From Felis catus (taxonomy: Eukaryota), in NCBI RefSeq assembly GCF_018350175.1, contig NC_058368.1:230766001-230830000 (forward strand): a DNA stretch of 64,000 bases, written 5' to 3'. A program made the position numbers and the translations under genes. The notes below the pieces were generated by a model. That model was not told the DNA's origin and searched no databases. It saw only the letters and a list, made by a program, of their open reading frames with translations. This document shows, piece by piece, positions 37,426 through 49,568 of the stretch (positions within the stretch are counted from its first letter, which is position 1; every line of letters begins with the position of its first letter).

Positions 37426-37620
37426 GGGGTGCCTGGGTGGCTCTGTCCATTAAGCATCTTAACTCTTGGTTTCGGGTCAGGTCATGATCTCATGGGTTCC
37501 TGAGACTGAGCCCCGCATCGGGCTCTGCTCTGACATTGTGGAGCCTGCTTGGGATTCTCTTTCTCCCTCTCTCTCTGCCCCTCCCCTGCTCTCGCTCTCT
37601 CAAAATAAGTAAATAAACTT
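37426..37620 (+). mobile_element. CanSINE (older)
   Basis: Head ggggtgcctgggtggctc, (CT)n, aaataaac tail. Confidence 0.9.
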
Positions 37621-37779
37621 TTAAGAAATGCACTAAACTGCATGTTAAATATTCCACATGTATTACTTTAATAAAAATGAAATTTAAACTGCATATATAT
37701 ACATATATGTGTGTGTGTGCATGCATATGTGTGTCTATACACACGTATATAAAGACATCATTAGGAATCACATAGAATA

Positions 37780-38580
37780 AAATAAGAAAGTCCAACACAT
37801 GTCTAGAAAATAGTTTCAGAAGAAGAAATAGAGAAAACGGGAGAGATGCAACATTTTAAAAGACACTGGCTAAGAACTTGGCATTTTTAAAGAAATACAT
37901 GACATTCAGATTCAAAAAGCTCTCTAGGTCTCCAGCAAGATAAAGTCAAGTGCATGTATTGTAGTAGATCTCTTTCCCTGTGTTCTGCATTTTACTTAAT
38001 TGTGATCTTGTCTTCCCTGGGACTCCCACCTTCTCGGGTGGTGGAAATGTCCCTACAAACTGGTTTAGCCTTTGCTTTGCTGGGCGTCCCAAGGTTCCTG
38101 TCCTGACATCTGTTTTAAACTAATCTCTTGGCTTCGGATTCCTCACCCGCATGAATAGCGTATGTGTGGGTGCTGTAACAGGCCACTTTATGGAAAAGAT
38201 TTACTTTCTCTCAGGAGGCCTATAATTTTTTTTCTACTCCCCACACAGACTCCCGGGCTGTGTTTCAAGTATGATGGAGTGAGTAACTGTGGAAAACATC
38301 GTTGAAATTTGTGGAAAAGTCAAGTAAGAGGAGTCTTGAGGACAGACCATTGGTTTAGCAGATTTAGATTATTGTTGAACTTGTCCAACAAAAACCTGCA
38401 CATATAGAAACTTTAACATAATATGATATGATATATAATGTAATATACAGAAGGTTTGAAAGAAAAGGGATGGAAAAGACACACCGAGCTAAAAATAAGC
38501 AAGAGGAAGTTGGCTTGGCAGTGCTAATATCAGAAAGTAGTCTTAAGGTGGACTTCTGTCCTGAAGGCATTGATCGCCCA
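37780..38580 (+). mobile_element. Ancient L1 ORF1 / ORF2 endonuclease relics (discontinuous)
   Basis: ORF 38428 reads KGMEKTHRAKNKQEEVGLAVLISE..KVDF, resembling L1 ORF2p KGWRKIYQANGKQKKAGVAILVSDKTDF. Confidence 0.7.
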
Positions 38581-38779
38581 AGAGCCCCAGGAGATGGGAA
38601 CGCTCCCCATTTGTAATCGATCCAGCAGGTGTATGCCGTGGCTACAAACAGAGGCTGTCCCGTGGGCTGACCAGCCTGCCCCTCACCGGCCCCTGGGTCT
38701 CTTATCCTTCTCGCCTCTGTCCGCAGTGCTGACCTGTTTCCTCACGCACCACACCCCTGAAACCCCACACCAGTGCCCC

Positions 38780-39340
38780 AGTGTTTTTAAATCAAATAGC
38801 CATTCCCCCTTACTCGTCTTGTCGGTACTGGAAGCAGGGTTTGCCCATCACCTTCCTCTGACCTCCATGGGCTTTGGTGCCTCCACTCTCTTCCCACTTG
38901 TCTCCTTATCTCTCTTCAGTCTACTTCTTCGGATCCTTTTCCTCCTCTGGCTTGTTGAAGGTGTTTTTCAGAAACCCTCCCTGGAGCCCTCTGCGCTCGG
39001 GGGAGGAATCCCCGAGTACAAACCCGGGGCTTCAGTGCACACTGAATGATGTTGTCTCCCAAACCAGTATGTCTGTGGGGGGCTCTTCAGTGAAACCCTC
39101 CTCTTGAATGTTTTAGCAAGTATAAAACTGACTGCAATGTTTCTGACCCCAGCCAACCTGCCACACCCTCCTCCCGTGTCCTTCGTGTCCACCCAGCCCC
39201 CAAAGAGCTCTCCTTTCTGTTCTTTGTCATATGAAATGTCCTACTTTCCTCCTTGGGACACATAACTGAGTGGCCTGGAGTTCTCTGAACTGCTTCTTTA
39301 TCTACCCCCATCAAAGCTGTGATCAGATCCTTATAATCTA
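38780..39340 (+). mobile_element. L2 fragment
   Basis: Degenerate pyrimidine-rich L2-like ORF sequence. Confidence 0.45.
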
Positions 39341-39411
39341 CCTGGTTATAGCTCTTACAAATAAGATATAATACAAATAAATCAATAATATTAAAAATAG
39401 AAAATATGAAA

Positions 39412-39612
39412 GGGGCACCTGGGTGGCCAGTTGGTTGAGCATCCAACTCTTGGTTTCCGCTTGGGTCATGATCTCATGGTTTGTGAGTTTGAGCCCCACG
39501 TTGTGCTTTGCACTGACAGCGTGGAGCCTGCCTGGGATTCTCTCTCTGCCTCTCTCCCCCGCTTGTACTCTCTCTCTCTCTCAAAATAAATAAGTAAATA
39601 AACTTAAAAAAA
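39412..39612 (+). mobile_element. CanSINE (older)
   Basis: TSD agaaRatatgaaa on both sides. Confidence 0.9.
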
Positions 39613-39959
39613 AGAAGATATGAAAGCCCAACACAATGAGAATTATTAATTTTTTTAAAGAGGAGGGAGAAAGGTTTTCATTAATAAATATTAAAACATA
39701 TTAAAAACTATAATAATTTAAAAGCACGGTATGGTGCCAGAATTAAATAAATGAATGGAAAAGGAGAGATGGACCTCAAACAGATCCCGAAAAAAGACAA
39801 AAAGCTATCGATTTTTCAATGAATGTAACTAGAAACAAATCAGGTACAGAAATCCTCACAGCAAAATAGGTTTCTGATGTCTTCAAGCTTTAAGTATAAA
39901 AGGCACATGAAGCTAAAGAATATTGGAGAAAAATTAGCCTGTGTGAAGAATCAGTTTCT

Positions 39960-40188
39960 TTTTTTTTAATTTCTTTTTTTTTTAATTTTATTTATTTTTT
40001 TTTAAAGAGAGAGAGTGCACAAGCAGAGGAGGGAGGGCAGAGAGAGAGGGAGACACAGAATCCGAAATGGGTTCCAGGCTCTTAGCTGTCAGCACAGAGC
40101 CTGATGTGGGGCTTGAACTCACAAACCATGAGATCATGACCTGAGTTGAAGTTGGATGCTTAACCCACTGAGCCATCCAGATGCCCCC
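39960..40188 (-). mobile_element. CanSINE
   Basis: Degenerate TSD aagaatSaStttct at 39946-39959 and 40191-40204. Confidence 0.9.
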
Positions 40189-40209
40189 TTAAGAATGACT
40201 TTCTGATAT

Positions 40210-40425
40210 GGGGCGCCTGGGTGGCGCAGTCGGTTAAGCGTCCGACTTCAGCCAGGTCACGATCTCGCGATCCGGGAGTTCCAGCCCCGCGTCAGGCTCT
40301 GGGCTGATGGCTCAGAGCCTGGAGCCTGTTTCGGATTCTGTGTCTCCCTCTCTCTCTGCCCCTCCCCCGTTCATGCTCTGTCTCTCTCTGTCCCAAAAAT
40401 AAATAAACGTTGAAAAAAAAAAAAA
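40210..40425 (+). mobile_element. Young feline CanSINE
   Basis: TSD aagaatgactttctgata at 40191-40208 and 40426-40443. Confidence 0.95.
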
Positions 40426-40765
40426 AAGAATGACTTTCTGATAGACAAAAAAGCAACTGAAGAACTTTCGACAATATGGTCAACAGATTTGACATCATAA
40501 GAATGTAAACCCAGCTTGTCAAAACCTCAGTAATATAATTCACACATAAACAGTAAACTGGTTTTTAGTAAGTTAACAGCCAAACTAAATGCACAGGCTG
40601 CCCAGTGGAAATCAAGGCTGGAAGAGGGATGGCCTGGATAACCATGAGCCACATTCCTTGGGGGGTTGTTCCATCGTTTCAGCACTGAAGTGTTGGAGAA
40701 CTTTCACACCAGCTTCTGGATAAATGTCGACAACTTCTCAGCTTCAAGTAAAATACAATCAAACT

Positions 40766-40964
40766 AGGGACACCTGAGTGGCTTACTCAATTGAGTATCT
40801 GGCTCTTGGTTTCAGCTCAGGTCACAGCTGGTGATATTGAGCCCCCCATCAGGCTCTGCACTGGCAGTGCAAAGCCTGCTTGGGATTCTCTCTCTCCCTC
40901 TCTCTCCCTCTCTCTGCTCCTCCTGCACTCATGCTCTCTCTGAACGTAAATAAATAAACATTAA
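40766..40964 (+). mobile_element. CanSINE (older)
   Basis: TSD aaaataYaatcaaa at 40750-40763 and 40965-40978. Confidence 0.9.
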
Positions 40965-41219
40965 AAAATATAATCAAAATAGCCAACTGGCATCTTTACT
41001 GAAAGCTGGTGGAGTACACTTGAGCCCCCCTCTGTCTCGGACCACCCATAGTCAATGGTTCCGGAACAGCTCTGGACTCCCTCCCCCACGTCATGCCTGC
41101 TGCCCTTTTCTGTGTTCATTCCCCTCGCCTTTCTCCCTAGCTCTGCAGAGCTTTCTCCCTACTCTCCCCACTGCTGACGAGGGCCCCAATAATATGTACT
41201 CAGTACCATCACCAAGTTC

Positions 41220-41470
41220 AGGAGCAACATAGTGGTTAAGAGCATGGACTCTGGAACAGAATGTGGAAGTTCAAATCTTGGATCTGCCTCTTACCAACTG
41301 CCACTGAAGCCCTGTGCCTCAGCTGGCCCATCTGTGAAACAGGGAAAACACTGATGAAGTTGTTCTGAAGGTTACGTGAACCAATACTTACAAGGTGATG
41401 AGAAGGGGCCTGTCACAAAGTGTGCTGTCACTGTGTGATACATGCTAGCACCTGTTAGCTGTCGTTGTTT
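41220..41470 (+). mobile_element. MIR
   Basis: catagtggttaagagcatggactctggaacaga..gttcaaatc..ctgtgcctcag..catctgtgaaacaggg. Confidence 0.8.
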
Positions 41471-42289
41471 CTTGCGGTGCACTTGGGACAACATCAACCC
41501 TCTGGTCAAGTTTAATCTCTTGGGTATGGCACCCAGGGCTTCACCATCCGTCCTCCCTTCAGGCCCTAACTCCCCAAATTCCCACATGAGTACATATGCA
41601 GCCTCAGTGAGATTCCCAGCCAAGGACCTTATCCTTAAAAACAGGTTAGGTTCCCCAAAGCATATATTCCCAAATCCATCTGTCTCCAAGAGCAGGGTGG
41701 CCCTGAGCCTATAGCTGCCAGCACTACCTCCTGAAAGCTAGCGGAGCAGATGCATGTTTTTCTGGATGCAACGTCACCCACTCTATAGACATTGAAGGGT
41801 AGAAAGCTTACACTTGGGCGCCTGAGGCTCCCCGAGAACATCTAGCTCTTTCTCACTCTCAGCCCTTCCTGGGCACTGTGTGCCCATCCCGCACCCCCGA
41901 ACTGCCATTTCCCCCCACTCCGGTAATTCACACATCAACAATGTTCCTCTGGTTCATTGTTTGTGTCACCTTAGTGTTTATTATTTAAGTTATGCTACTA
42001 TTATCCGATTCAAGCAAGAAGCACCTTTCCTAGAAGCTTCCCTAATTCCTCCATTCATTCACTTATTTGCTCACCAGTTAGTGCGATCCTGTTGTAGATC
42101 CTGGGGACAGGCAGGGAAAGAGACAATCTTTGTCCTCAAAGCGTTTCCAAGCTGACTGGGCTGCTCCCTCCCTTCAGGGTACTGGAAGCAGAATTTAGGG
42201 GTCTTTTTACCCTACCAAGCTGTCATAACAGTGCCTAAAGTCACTGACACAAGCCCTATTTGATTTTACTGACATTCATCTAGTTATCC

Positions 42290-42505
42290 TAGTTAACATT
42301 TATTTAACACCAACACGGGACAGTCCCTATGTTTTATGTGCAGTGTTCTGTTTAACCCCCATGACAATCTTATGCAACAGGCACTATTATGATGCCCGTT
42401 TTATAGACGAAGCAACGAGGGAAAAGAGAGGTTAATTCACCTACTCAGAAAGATGGAGAATATAGATCCAGATTTTGAATGTAAGTCTTTTCAGTCCCCA
42501 AGTTA
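42290..42505 (-). mobile_element. MIR
   Basis: aacatttatttaacacc..ggcactattatgatgcccgttttatagacgaagcaacgagg. Confidence 0.65.
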
Positions 42506-42520
42506 ACAGCTCATCTAGAC

Positions 42521-42743
42521 CAGGGTGTCCCAACCTTAGCACTACTGGCATTTTGAGCTGGATACTGCTTTGTTGTGGGGGCTTCATGGTGCACTGTGGG
42601 ACGTTTAACAGCATCCCTGTCCTCAAACCACTGGATGCCAGTGGCACTGTTAGCCACCCGATCGTGGCAAAAATGTCTGCAGACATTGCCAGTGTCTGCT
42701 GAGGGTAGGGGGGGCAAAAAAGCCCCTTGATTGGGGGCCACTG
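42521..42743. mobile_element. MER20 hAT relic
   Basis: caaccttagcactactggcattttgagctggata..tttaacagcatccctg..aaaaatgtctgcagacattgcca; flanks atctagac / ctctggag. Confidence 0.85.
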
Positions 42744-45202
42744 CTCTGGAGTATTTTTCTATATCCCCAAACTAAGGGCTACGGCCGTCTCCTGGAATCC
42801 CTGGGAGAGCTTCCAGACAATAGAAGCAAGGCTGAGGACCATGGCTCTATGGTCTACACCGGACTCCCAGTCTCTCTACACCTTCATCTTGTAGGCTTTA
42901 AAATGAAAGTGGACCAGATATAATCTAATGATTCTATCAACTCTGCAATCCTGTGATGCCCTTACAACATGGAATTACCTTTGGGTGTGGAGATCTATGG
43001 AATGTGGCTGCCTACTCCACCATGCCCCTGATTTGATGGACTCATCAAAATGGCCCCATAATGGGAACCCCTGGAACAAATGGTCAGTGAAGCAGCTTGT
43101 TCATCCTCTCATTTGTAATCCAGAGAATTGGCCAGCTACTTCATAGCACTCTATCAATTTACTCAATATACTGCAACACCCAGAGGAATAGAGAGCAATA
43201 AACAGTATTATAGCACTCAATTATACTCCGAGAAGGCAGGGGATAACTAGAGAATTCTAAAACAGAACCGTTCTCCTTTGCTTGAAATGATTGGATGTCT
43301 CATTTTTTAAGAACGTGAATTCTTTAAAAAAAAGAAAAAAGCCTGTTTTCTAAAATAAATTCGGTGTTAAATTTAACTGTTTTCAACAGACCTTTGAGGT
43401 TGTCAAAGTATGAAAATGCAGGGTGCAGTTATGCAGTATTTACTATTTGCACAGTACTTTTTAATGCATGACCTTGTTTTGTTATCTGCATTTTATTTTC
43501 ACAACTCTGACTTGAACAGAGCTATTTGAGCTGTTATCATTCTTTGATGAAGAGCGTTAGGCCCAGAGAGCGTAAGCTATTTGCCTAAGGTCGCATGATA
43601 AAACAGTGCCAAGGTAACAAACCGCCTCGGAGTTCCCACATCCAACACGTGACAAAGAGCGTGTGTTGACCTGAGACGACGTCTTCTCCACGTGATCCGT
43701 GGTGCCCAGGTCTGCATTCATTTGATGTCTGAATTTGAGACTGGGCACTCAACAGAGACAGGGTTGGATGGTGGGGAAGTGGTATGTCCCAGCTGAATTT
43801 GAAAAATGGAACCTAACAGAACACCTTAGAAAAAACAAAGATGGGGAAGATAGGCAGAACACGATTGTTCAGACAAAATCAGAATTAAAAAAAAAAAAAT
43901 CCAGCTACAACAAATACCCCCCAATTATCAAATTTAGACCAGGATTAAAATATTAAAAACTTGAAAGTTTACAAATAGGGCTACGTTAAATCCCCAGCAG
44001 ACTATAGATGCAGGGTCCTGGGGAGGATTCGCAGGAAGAAGTAGTTGGGGGGGGGGGGGGTGGTGGAACAGCTGATAATTCATTACCCTTCCCCCTCCCA
44101 TCCCTGGTAAGGGGCCTGCCCTCTGCACAAAGCTCTGGCGGGGAATGTGGCCCATGATTTTTATTTTGCCATCATGAATGTTGGAAGTGACATATTGCAA
44201 TCAAAAGAGCATAAGACTGCATATCAAGAGAGCTGCTCCTTGAAGTGCGTTGCCATTGACCAGCCCGATGACCCTTGGTGAGGCGTTAACCTCTGGAGAA
44301 CACGTGATCCTCACTTGTGAAATGACTCTATTGGACTAGTTGACCTTTAAGGTTACCTTTTGCCTTGAACATCAATAAACGAAGCCAGATGAAGAGAACA
44401 CAGCTAGATCCTTGAAGTTGAACTGAGATCCCTACAATCTCTACCTTTTCTTTTCTACCCGTTGCTGTCCAGGCTGTGCCTTTATTGTCCCCCATTAAAA
44501 CAGGATAGGATCTGATGCCATCATTTGTACCTTGGCATTACGCCTTGTATACCAACCCATTGTGTCCCATCGTATTTATATAACAAGGCTCTCAGTCTAC
44601 ACTGGTCTGGATGAATGAGTGAAGATTTCAGCTGAAGCCATGAGTGGAGATTTGGTGTGCAACAAGAACAGCTTTATAGCGCTTGTGAAGCCATGTCCTT
44701 GGATAACCTGGCTGGAGTCATTTCAGAAAGTCTGTGAGGTGGGGTGGAAAGAGGAAATGTGGACGTTTGCCTTCCCTCCCCACCTTCTTGCCCTCCCCTT
44801 CTCTTAATCTCCCTTCCTTCTCCAACACGGGCCTAGGAGGATAGGACATGTGGATAGAGTTCTGGATATGTAAAGAATCTTGTCGCCCTTGAACCCTGAG
44901 CCTGGAACGTAGGTCATCCCTGGGGTCCATCCATCTGGAAGAATCTGTGTGCGTTTCCACACATGCAGGAGCTAGACTTGCATAGAATATTCTCTTGCAG
45001 GGGAGTAAATTTGCCGCAAGGTAAACCTGACGGACTACACCTACCAGAAATTTGGCTTTGCGCTAACTCGGAATAAGCAGTAAGAAGTCCATGAGTGTAG
45101 TTGTGTTAGTTTTGGTTCGTTTGGGGCTTCTCGCTTTGCTAGCACCCTCGTTTTTCCAGTGGGCATGCACTCCCACACTCACAAACACACTCAGGGAATT
45201 AC

Positions 45203-45342
45203 CTCCGCACGGCAGGTGTCTCCTTCTCCTGGAAATCTGCTCTGTGCGATGTCGCGGGTTCTGCCTGCCCGGCAGACGCCATTCTTCAGCTGCCCAGATC
45301 TCCAGAACTCTGCCGCCACGTCCTTCCTGTCCATCCCCTGGC
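45203..45342 (-). other. Candidate exon (140 nt) with strong-context ATG
   Basis: cccccacccccaccccag|GCCAGGGGATGG..GCGGAG|gtaatt; CpG-rich; 44 codons open from the ATG at 45334. Confidence 0.3.
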
Positions 45343-45596
45343 CTGGGGTGGGGGTGGGGGGGAGGTCCCGAATTTCCACCTAGGCTGGAGTTTCTGTCCC
45401 AGCATCGAGTGTGGGCTTTGACCAGCAGGTGCGTGAGAAGGAAATAATGAGGCTCAAGAGAGAGAAGAGAAAGATCCCAAACATTCAGAGGCACAGAGTG
45501 TTTCACCTTCTCTGATCCTTCCAAGACCACTCAACTTCTCGTTTGATTTTATGTCTCTCATTTTTCTTCTCAATACAGTGATTAAAAGTAAACTGA

Positions 45597-45780
45597 GGGG
45601 CGCCTGGGTGGCTCACTCGGTTAAGTGTCCAACTTCGGCTCAGGTCATGATCCCATAGTTTGTGAGTTCGAGCCCCACATTGGGCTCTGTTCTTGACAGC
45701 TCAGAGCCTGGAGCCTGCTTTGTATTCTGTGTCTCCCTCTCTATCTGTCCCTCCCCAACTCACACACACACACACACACA

Positions 45781-45839
<59 letters not shown>

Positions 45840-45869
45840 AAAAATAAACGTTAGAAAAAATTTAAAAAA
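45597..45869 (+). mobile_element. CanSINE with internal (CA)n(CT)n
   Basis: TSD aaaagtaaacYga at 45584-45596 and 45870-45882. Confidence 0.95.
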
Positions 45870-46387
45870 AAAAGTAAACCGAGGACAGCTCTAAAACAAA
45901 AACATATGAATAAGGTAACAAAAGCACGAGACTGAGACTCTATCTGTAGAATCCGCTGACTCCCTGGGACACTGTCCCTAACCACTATTCTTTTCAGATA
46001 CTGTGACTCAGCCACAACATGATATTTAAAGCCCCTCACATTGTGTATGTTTCAAGCATCCACCTGCACAAGTAGGAAAGAAGAGGGATACAAGTTCAGG
46101 GCCCAGAGAAAGGTAGACTGATCTGCAGGGAAACCAGAAAGCCAGCAAAAAAGAGAGAGAGAGAAGGAGAGAGAGAAGCAAAATTTCAGGAAGAAGTGTT
46201 CTTCACCAAAAAGTCAAGTAATTGAGTATAGATTCCCCTGCATCCTTTCAAGAACTGCATGGACATCCATCCGAGATATGTCTATGGATGCTGCAGCTTA
46301 TGCTCACAGAAGTCTCATCAATAAACTGCAAACCAGACTTTCTCTAAACATTGGTTTCTTCCTCCTGCGAGAACTACAACGCCCATT

Positions 46388-46612
46388 GGGGCGCCTGGGT
46401 GGCTCAGTCAGTTGGGCGTCCTATTTCGGCTGAGGTCATTATATCGCAGTTCATGAGTTCGAGCCCCACGTCAGGCTCTGTGCTGACAGCTCAGAACCTG
46501 GAGCCTGCTTTGGATTCTGTGTCTCTCTCTCTCTCTCTCTCTCTCTGCCCCTCCCCCGTCTGCGCTCTGTCTCTGTCTCTCTCAGAAGTAAATACACATT
46601 AAAAAAATTTTT
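46388..46612 (+). mobile_element. CanSINE
   Basis: Full head and (CT)n. Confidence 0.9.
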
Positions 46613-47316
46613 AGAATGTCCAGTATTCCCACTCTTACAGCAGAAGAGAAGGGAAAAAGAGAGGAGGATAAAGCGAATCTTCAAGAAACACAGCCACCCG
46701 CTGGGATGCTGCAAAATACAGCAAAAAATATTGACTCCGTGTATTAATCCAGTGATGGAGCAGCCACATGCAATTTCCCAAATAAGAAGTAGTTATGGTT
46801 ACTGCACACAGGAAAACAGGACTGGGTGGGGGGGGGGGGAGTGTCGCTTCAGATAACTGCAATGTAAGGAAAACAGCGGCTTAATAAAGTGACAGCAGCT
46901 CCCTCACAGTTTAAAAACAGATGGGCTTCGCTACCCGGGAAGAAAGAATTTTTAGCTGCGCTGCAATTTGGAGAAATCTGTCATCGCCTGTACGGAATTG
47001 TTAAAACTCCGAGAAGCTTAAAGAACGATAAAATTTCACTTCGCAAACTTGGGTGCTGAAGATCTCAGGTGGCCCCAGTAGAAAGCCATCATCATGTTCA
47101 AATCATGACACAGAGAACAGACAGTTATAGATCTGCAAACTTGGAACAGGATTTTGGCCAAAATATTTACAACCTTTTAAATTTTTTTGTGATCGAGTAT
47201 CTAGGATACTAACAGGCAGGTTAACATTCCAAGCTTAGACCCATGGATCATACGTGCGTGTGCGTGTGCGTGTATTTCCAGTGTGGAATGTAGAGATTTC
47301 CCTCCTGCCACAGACA

Positions 47317-47428
47317 CGGTGAGCAACTCGGTCCAGCATGTCCAGAACTTTCCCAGTGTTAGCCCTGGGAAGTTCCGGATTCCTGGGAAATTTCTCGTTC
47401 CCAGGCAAAGCAGGACAGATAGTTACCA
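47317..47428. mobile_element. MER81-like hAT MITE
   Basis: ggtgagcaactc..actttcccagtgttagccctg..tcccaggcaaagcaggacagatagttacc. Confidence 0.55.
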
Positions 47429-47510
47429 AGCCACAAGAGACTTAGGCTCAGCATTTTCAGCATTTCAGCTCAGCATTTTCAATGCTGCTATTAAGTAGAA
47501 GTAGAATCTC

Positions 47511-48426
47511 TTTTTCTTTTCTTTTCCCAATCTATTGAGATATAATCGACCTAAGTATTGATTTGATACATTTATACACCGCATTATGATTACCATGGCG
47601 ATGTTAGCTTTTTCTTTTCTTTTTCCAACTCTACTGAGATGTAATTGACCTAAGTATTGATTTGATACATTTATACACAGCAATATGACTACCATGGCGG
47701 TATTAGCTAACACCTCTATCATGTCACAGAACTGACATTTCTTTTTTGTGGTGACACCATCTAAGATCTACTCTCTTAGCCACTTTCAAGTACATTAATA
47801 CAGTATTGCTGTCTATAATCACAATGCTGTACATTAGATCTTCAGAACTTATTCATCTTCTAGCTGAAAGTTTCTATGTTTTGGCCAACATCTCCCCAAC
47901 TCCCCCACCCCTGGTAACAACCATTTCTGCTTTCTGTTTCTATAAGCCTGGCTTTTAAAAATTCCACATGTAAGTGGTGTCATACAGGAATTGTCTTTTT
48001 TTTTTTTAACTTTTTTTAACGTTTTTTTTAATTTATTTTTGACAGAGAGAGAGAGAGACAGAGCATGAGCGGGGGAGGGTCAGAGAGAGAGGGAGACACA
48101 GAATCTGAAGCAGGCTCCAGGCTCTGAGCCATCAGCACAGAGCCCGATGCGGGGCTCGAACCCACAGACCACGAGATCATGATCTGAGCCGAAGTGGGAC
48201 GCTCAACCGACTGAGCCACCCAGGCGCCCCCAGGAATTGTCTTTCTCTGGTTTATTTCACCTAGCATAAAGCTTCCAGGACCACCCACGTTGCCCTCAAA
48301 AAATTAAAAATAGAACACCATATGATCCAGCAATCCCACTTCTGGATATATTCTTAAAGGAGGTGAGGACAGGATCTCAAAGAGGTATCTACATCCCCTT
48401 GTTTACCACAGCATTATTCACAATAG
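47511..48426 (-). mobile_element. L1 (L1MA9/carnivore-like) 3' fragment with 5' inversion and duplicated terminus
   Basis: Minus-strand 3'UTR at 47511-48294 joined directly to a plus-strand upstream L1 piece ctcaaaaaattaaaaatagaac..cacaatag at 48295-48426. Confidence 0.8.
47999..48230 (-). mobile_element. CanSINE inside L1
   Basis: TSD caggaattgtcttt at 47985-47998 and 48231-48244. Confidence 0.95.
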
Positions 48427-49340
48427 AGCCTTTTTTCTTGATAGAAGTCTCTGGCACCTTAAGAAAACCATTAAAACCCATTTATTCCCTGACCCTAACA
48501 TAAGAACCTTGTTTATTTTCCATTTGGAACTGGAAACGAAATCATTGAAGACAGAATACATAGTTCCTAAACCTGTCCCATAAAGAGACCTGGAATTAAC
48601 GAGACTTCTAAGGGTTCTTTCATCACAGGCCCTATACACCATTTAAAAGAAGTGACCATAACATTTTTCTTAAGGTGGAAGCAGCCCTGGGGTAGTTCAG
48701 GGGACCGGGGTTCTTGTCCTGGTGCTGTTCTGAGTGGCTGTGTGACCTGAAGTAAGTAAGTTCACCTACGTGGTGGACCAGCCAACTGGTTGACCAGCCA
48801 ATTGGTAGGTTGGGCTGAAGTTCTCTTCCCAAGCGTCCAACTCTTTGTATTATCCCTTCCGAGCTGCATGCTATTAACTCTGCTCCTAACAACCCTCATA
48901 GGCTTGTGTGTCTCACATACTGGGCCACGTGAGGCAATAATACAGTGCTTCAATTGGACATTTTTCTTCAGGCTACCGAGAGGTTTCCAAAGGGATGATA
49001 AGGTTAGTGAACAACACTTTCCTAGAGCATTTACTCCCTGATAGGATTAACATCCCTCCCCAAACTCTGAAACCCTTTAGAATTTCTACCACATCATAGT
49101 AAATTACGAAATGACACTACACCTTTATGTTTAATTACTACTGAAAAGAGAATAATACGGCATCATTTCATCAAACCAATAGAGAAGATGCCTTTATGTG
49201 ATAGAAGAAACAATGTTACAATTTCAAATAGAAAGATCTCCCATATTTCTATCAAAATGTGCACTTCTCCCTTTAAAATTTGATTCTCATTTTTTGGTTG
49301 TTATTCCCATAACGGCATTTATTTTAAAAGTGAGATCTTT

Positions 49341-49568
49341 AGGGCAGCCTAAGTGGCTTAGTCAGTTAAGCAGCATCTGACTTCAGCTCAGGTCATGATC
49401 TCAGGATTCAGGAGTTTGAACCCCACGTCGGGCTCTGTGCCGACAGCTCGGAGCCTGGAGCCTGCTTTGGATTCTGTGTCTCCCTCTCTCTCTGCCCCTC
49501 CCCTGCTCACGTGCTGTCTCTCTCTCTCTCTCTCAAAAATAAATAAAAATATTAAAAAAAATTTTTTT
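49341..49568 (+). mobile_element. CanSINE
   Basis: TSD aagtgagatcttt at 49328-49340 and 49569-49581. Confidence 0.95.

Noticed and set aside
38428..38616. ORF resembling an endonuclease
   Set aside because: Decayed L1 ORF2 fragment, listed as a mobile element.
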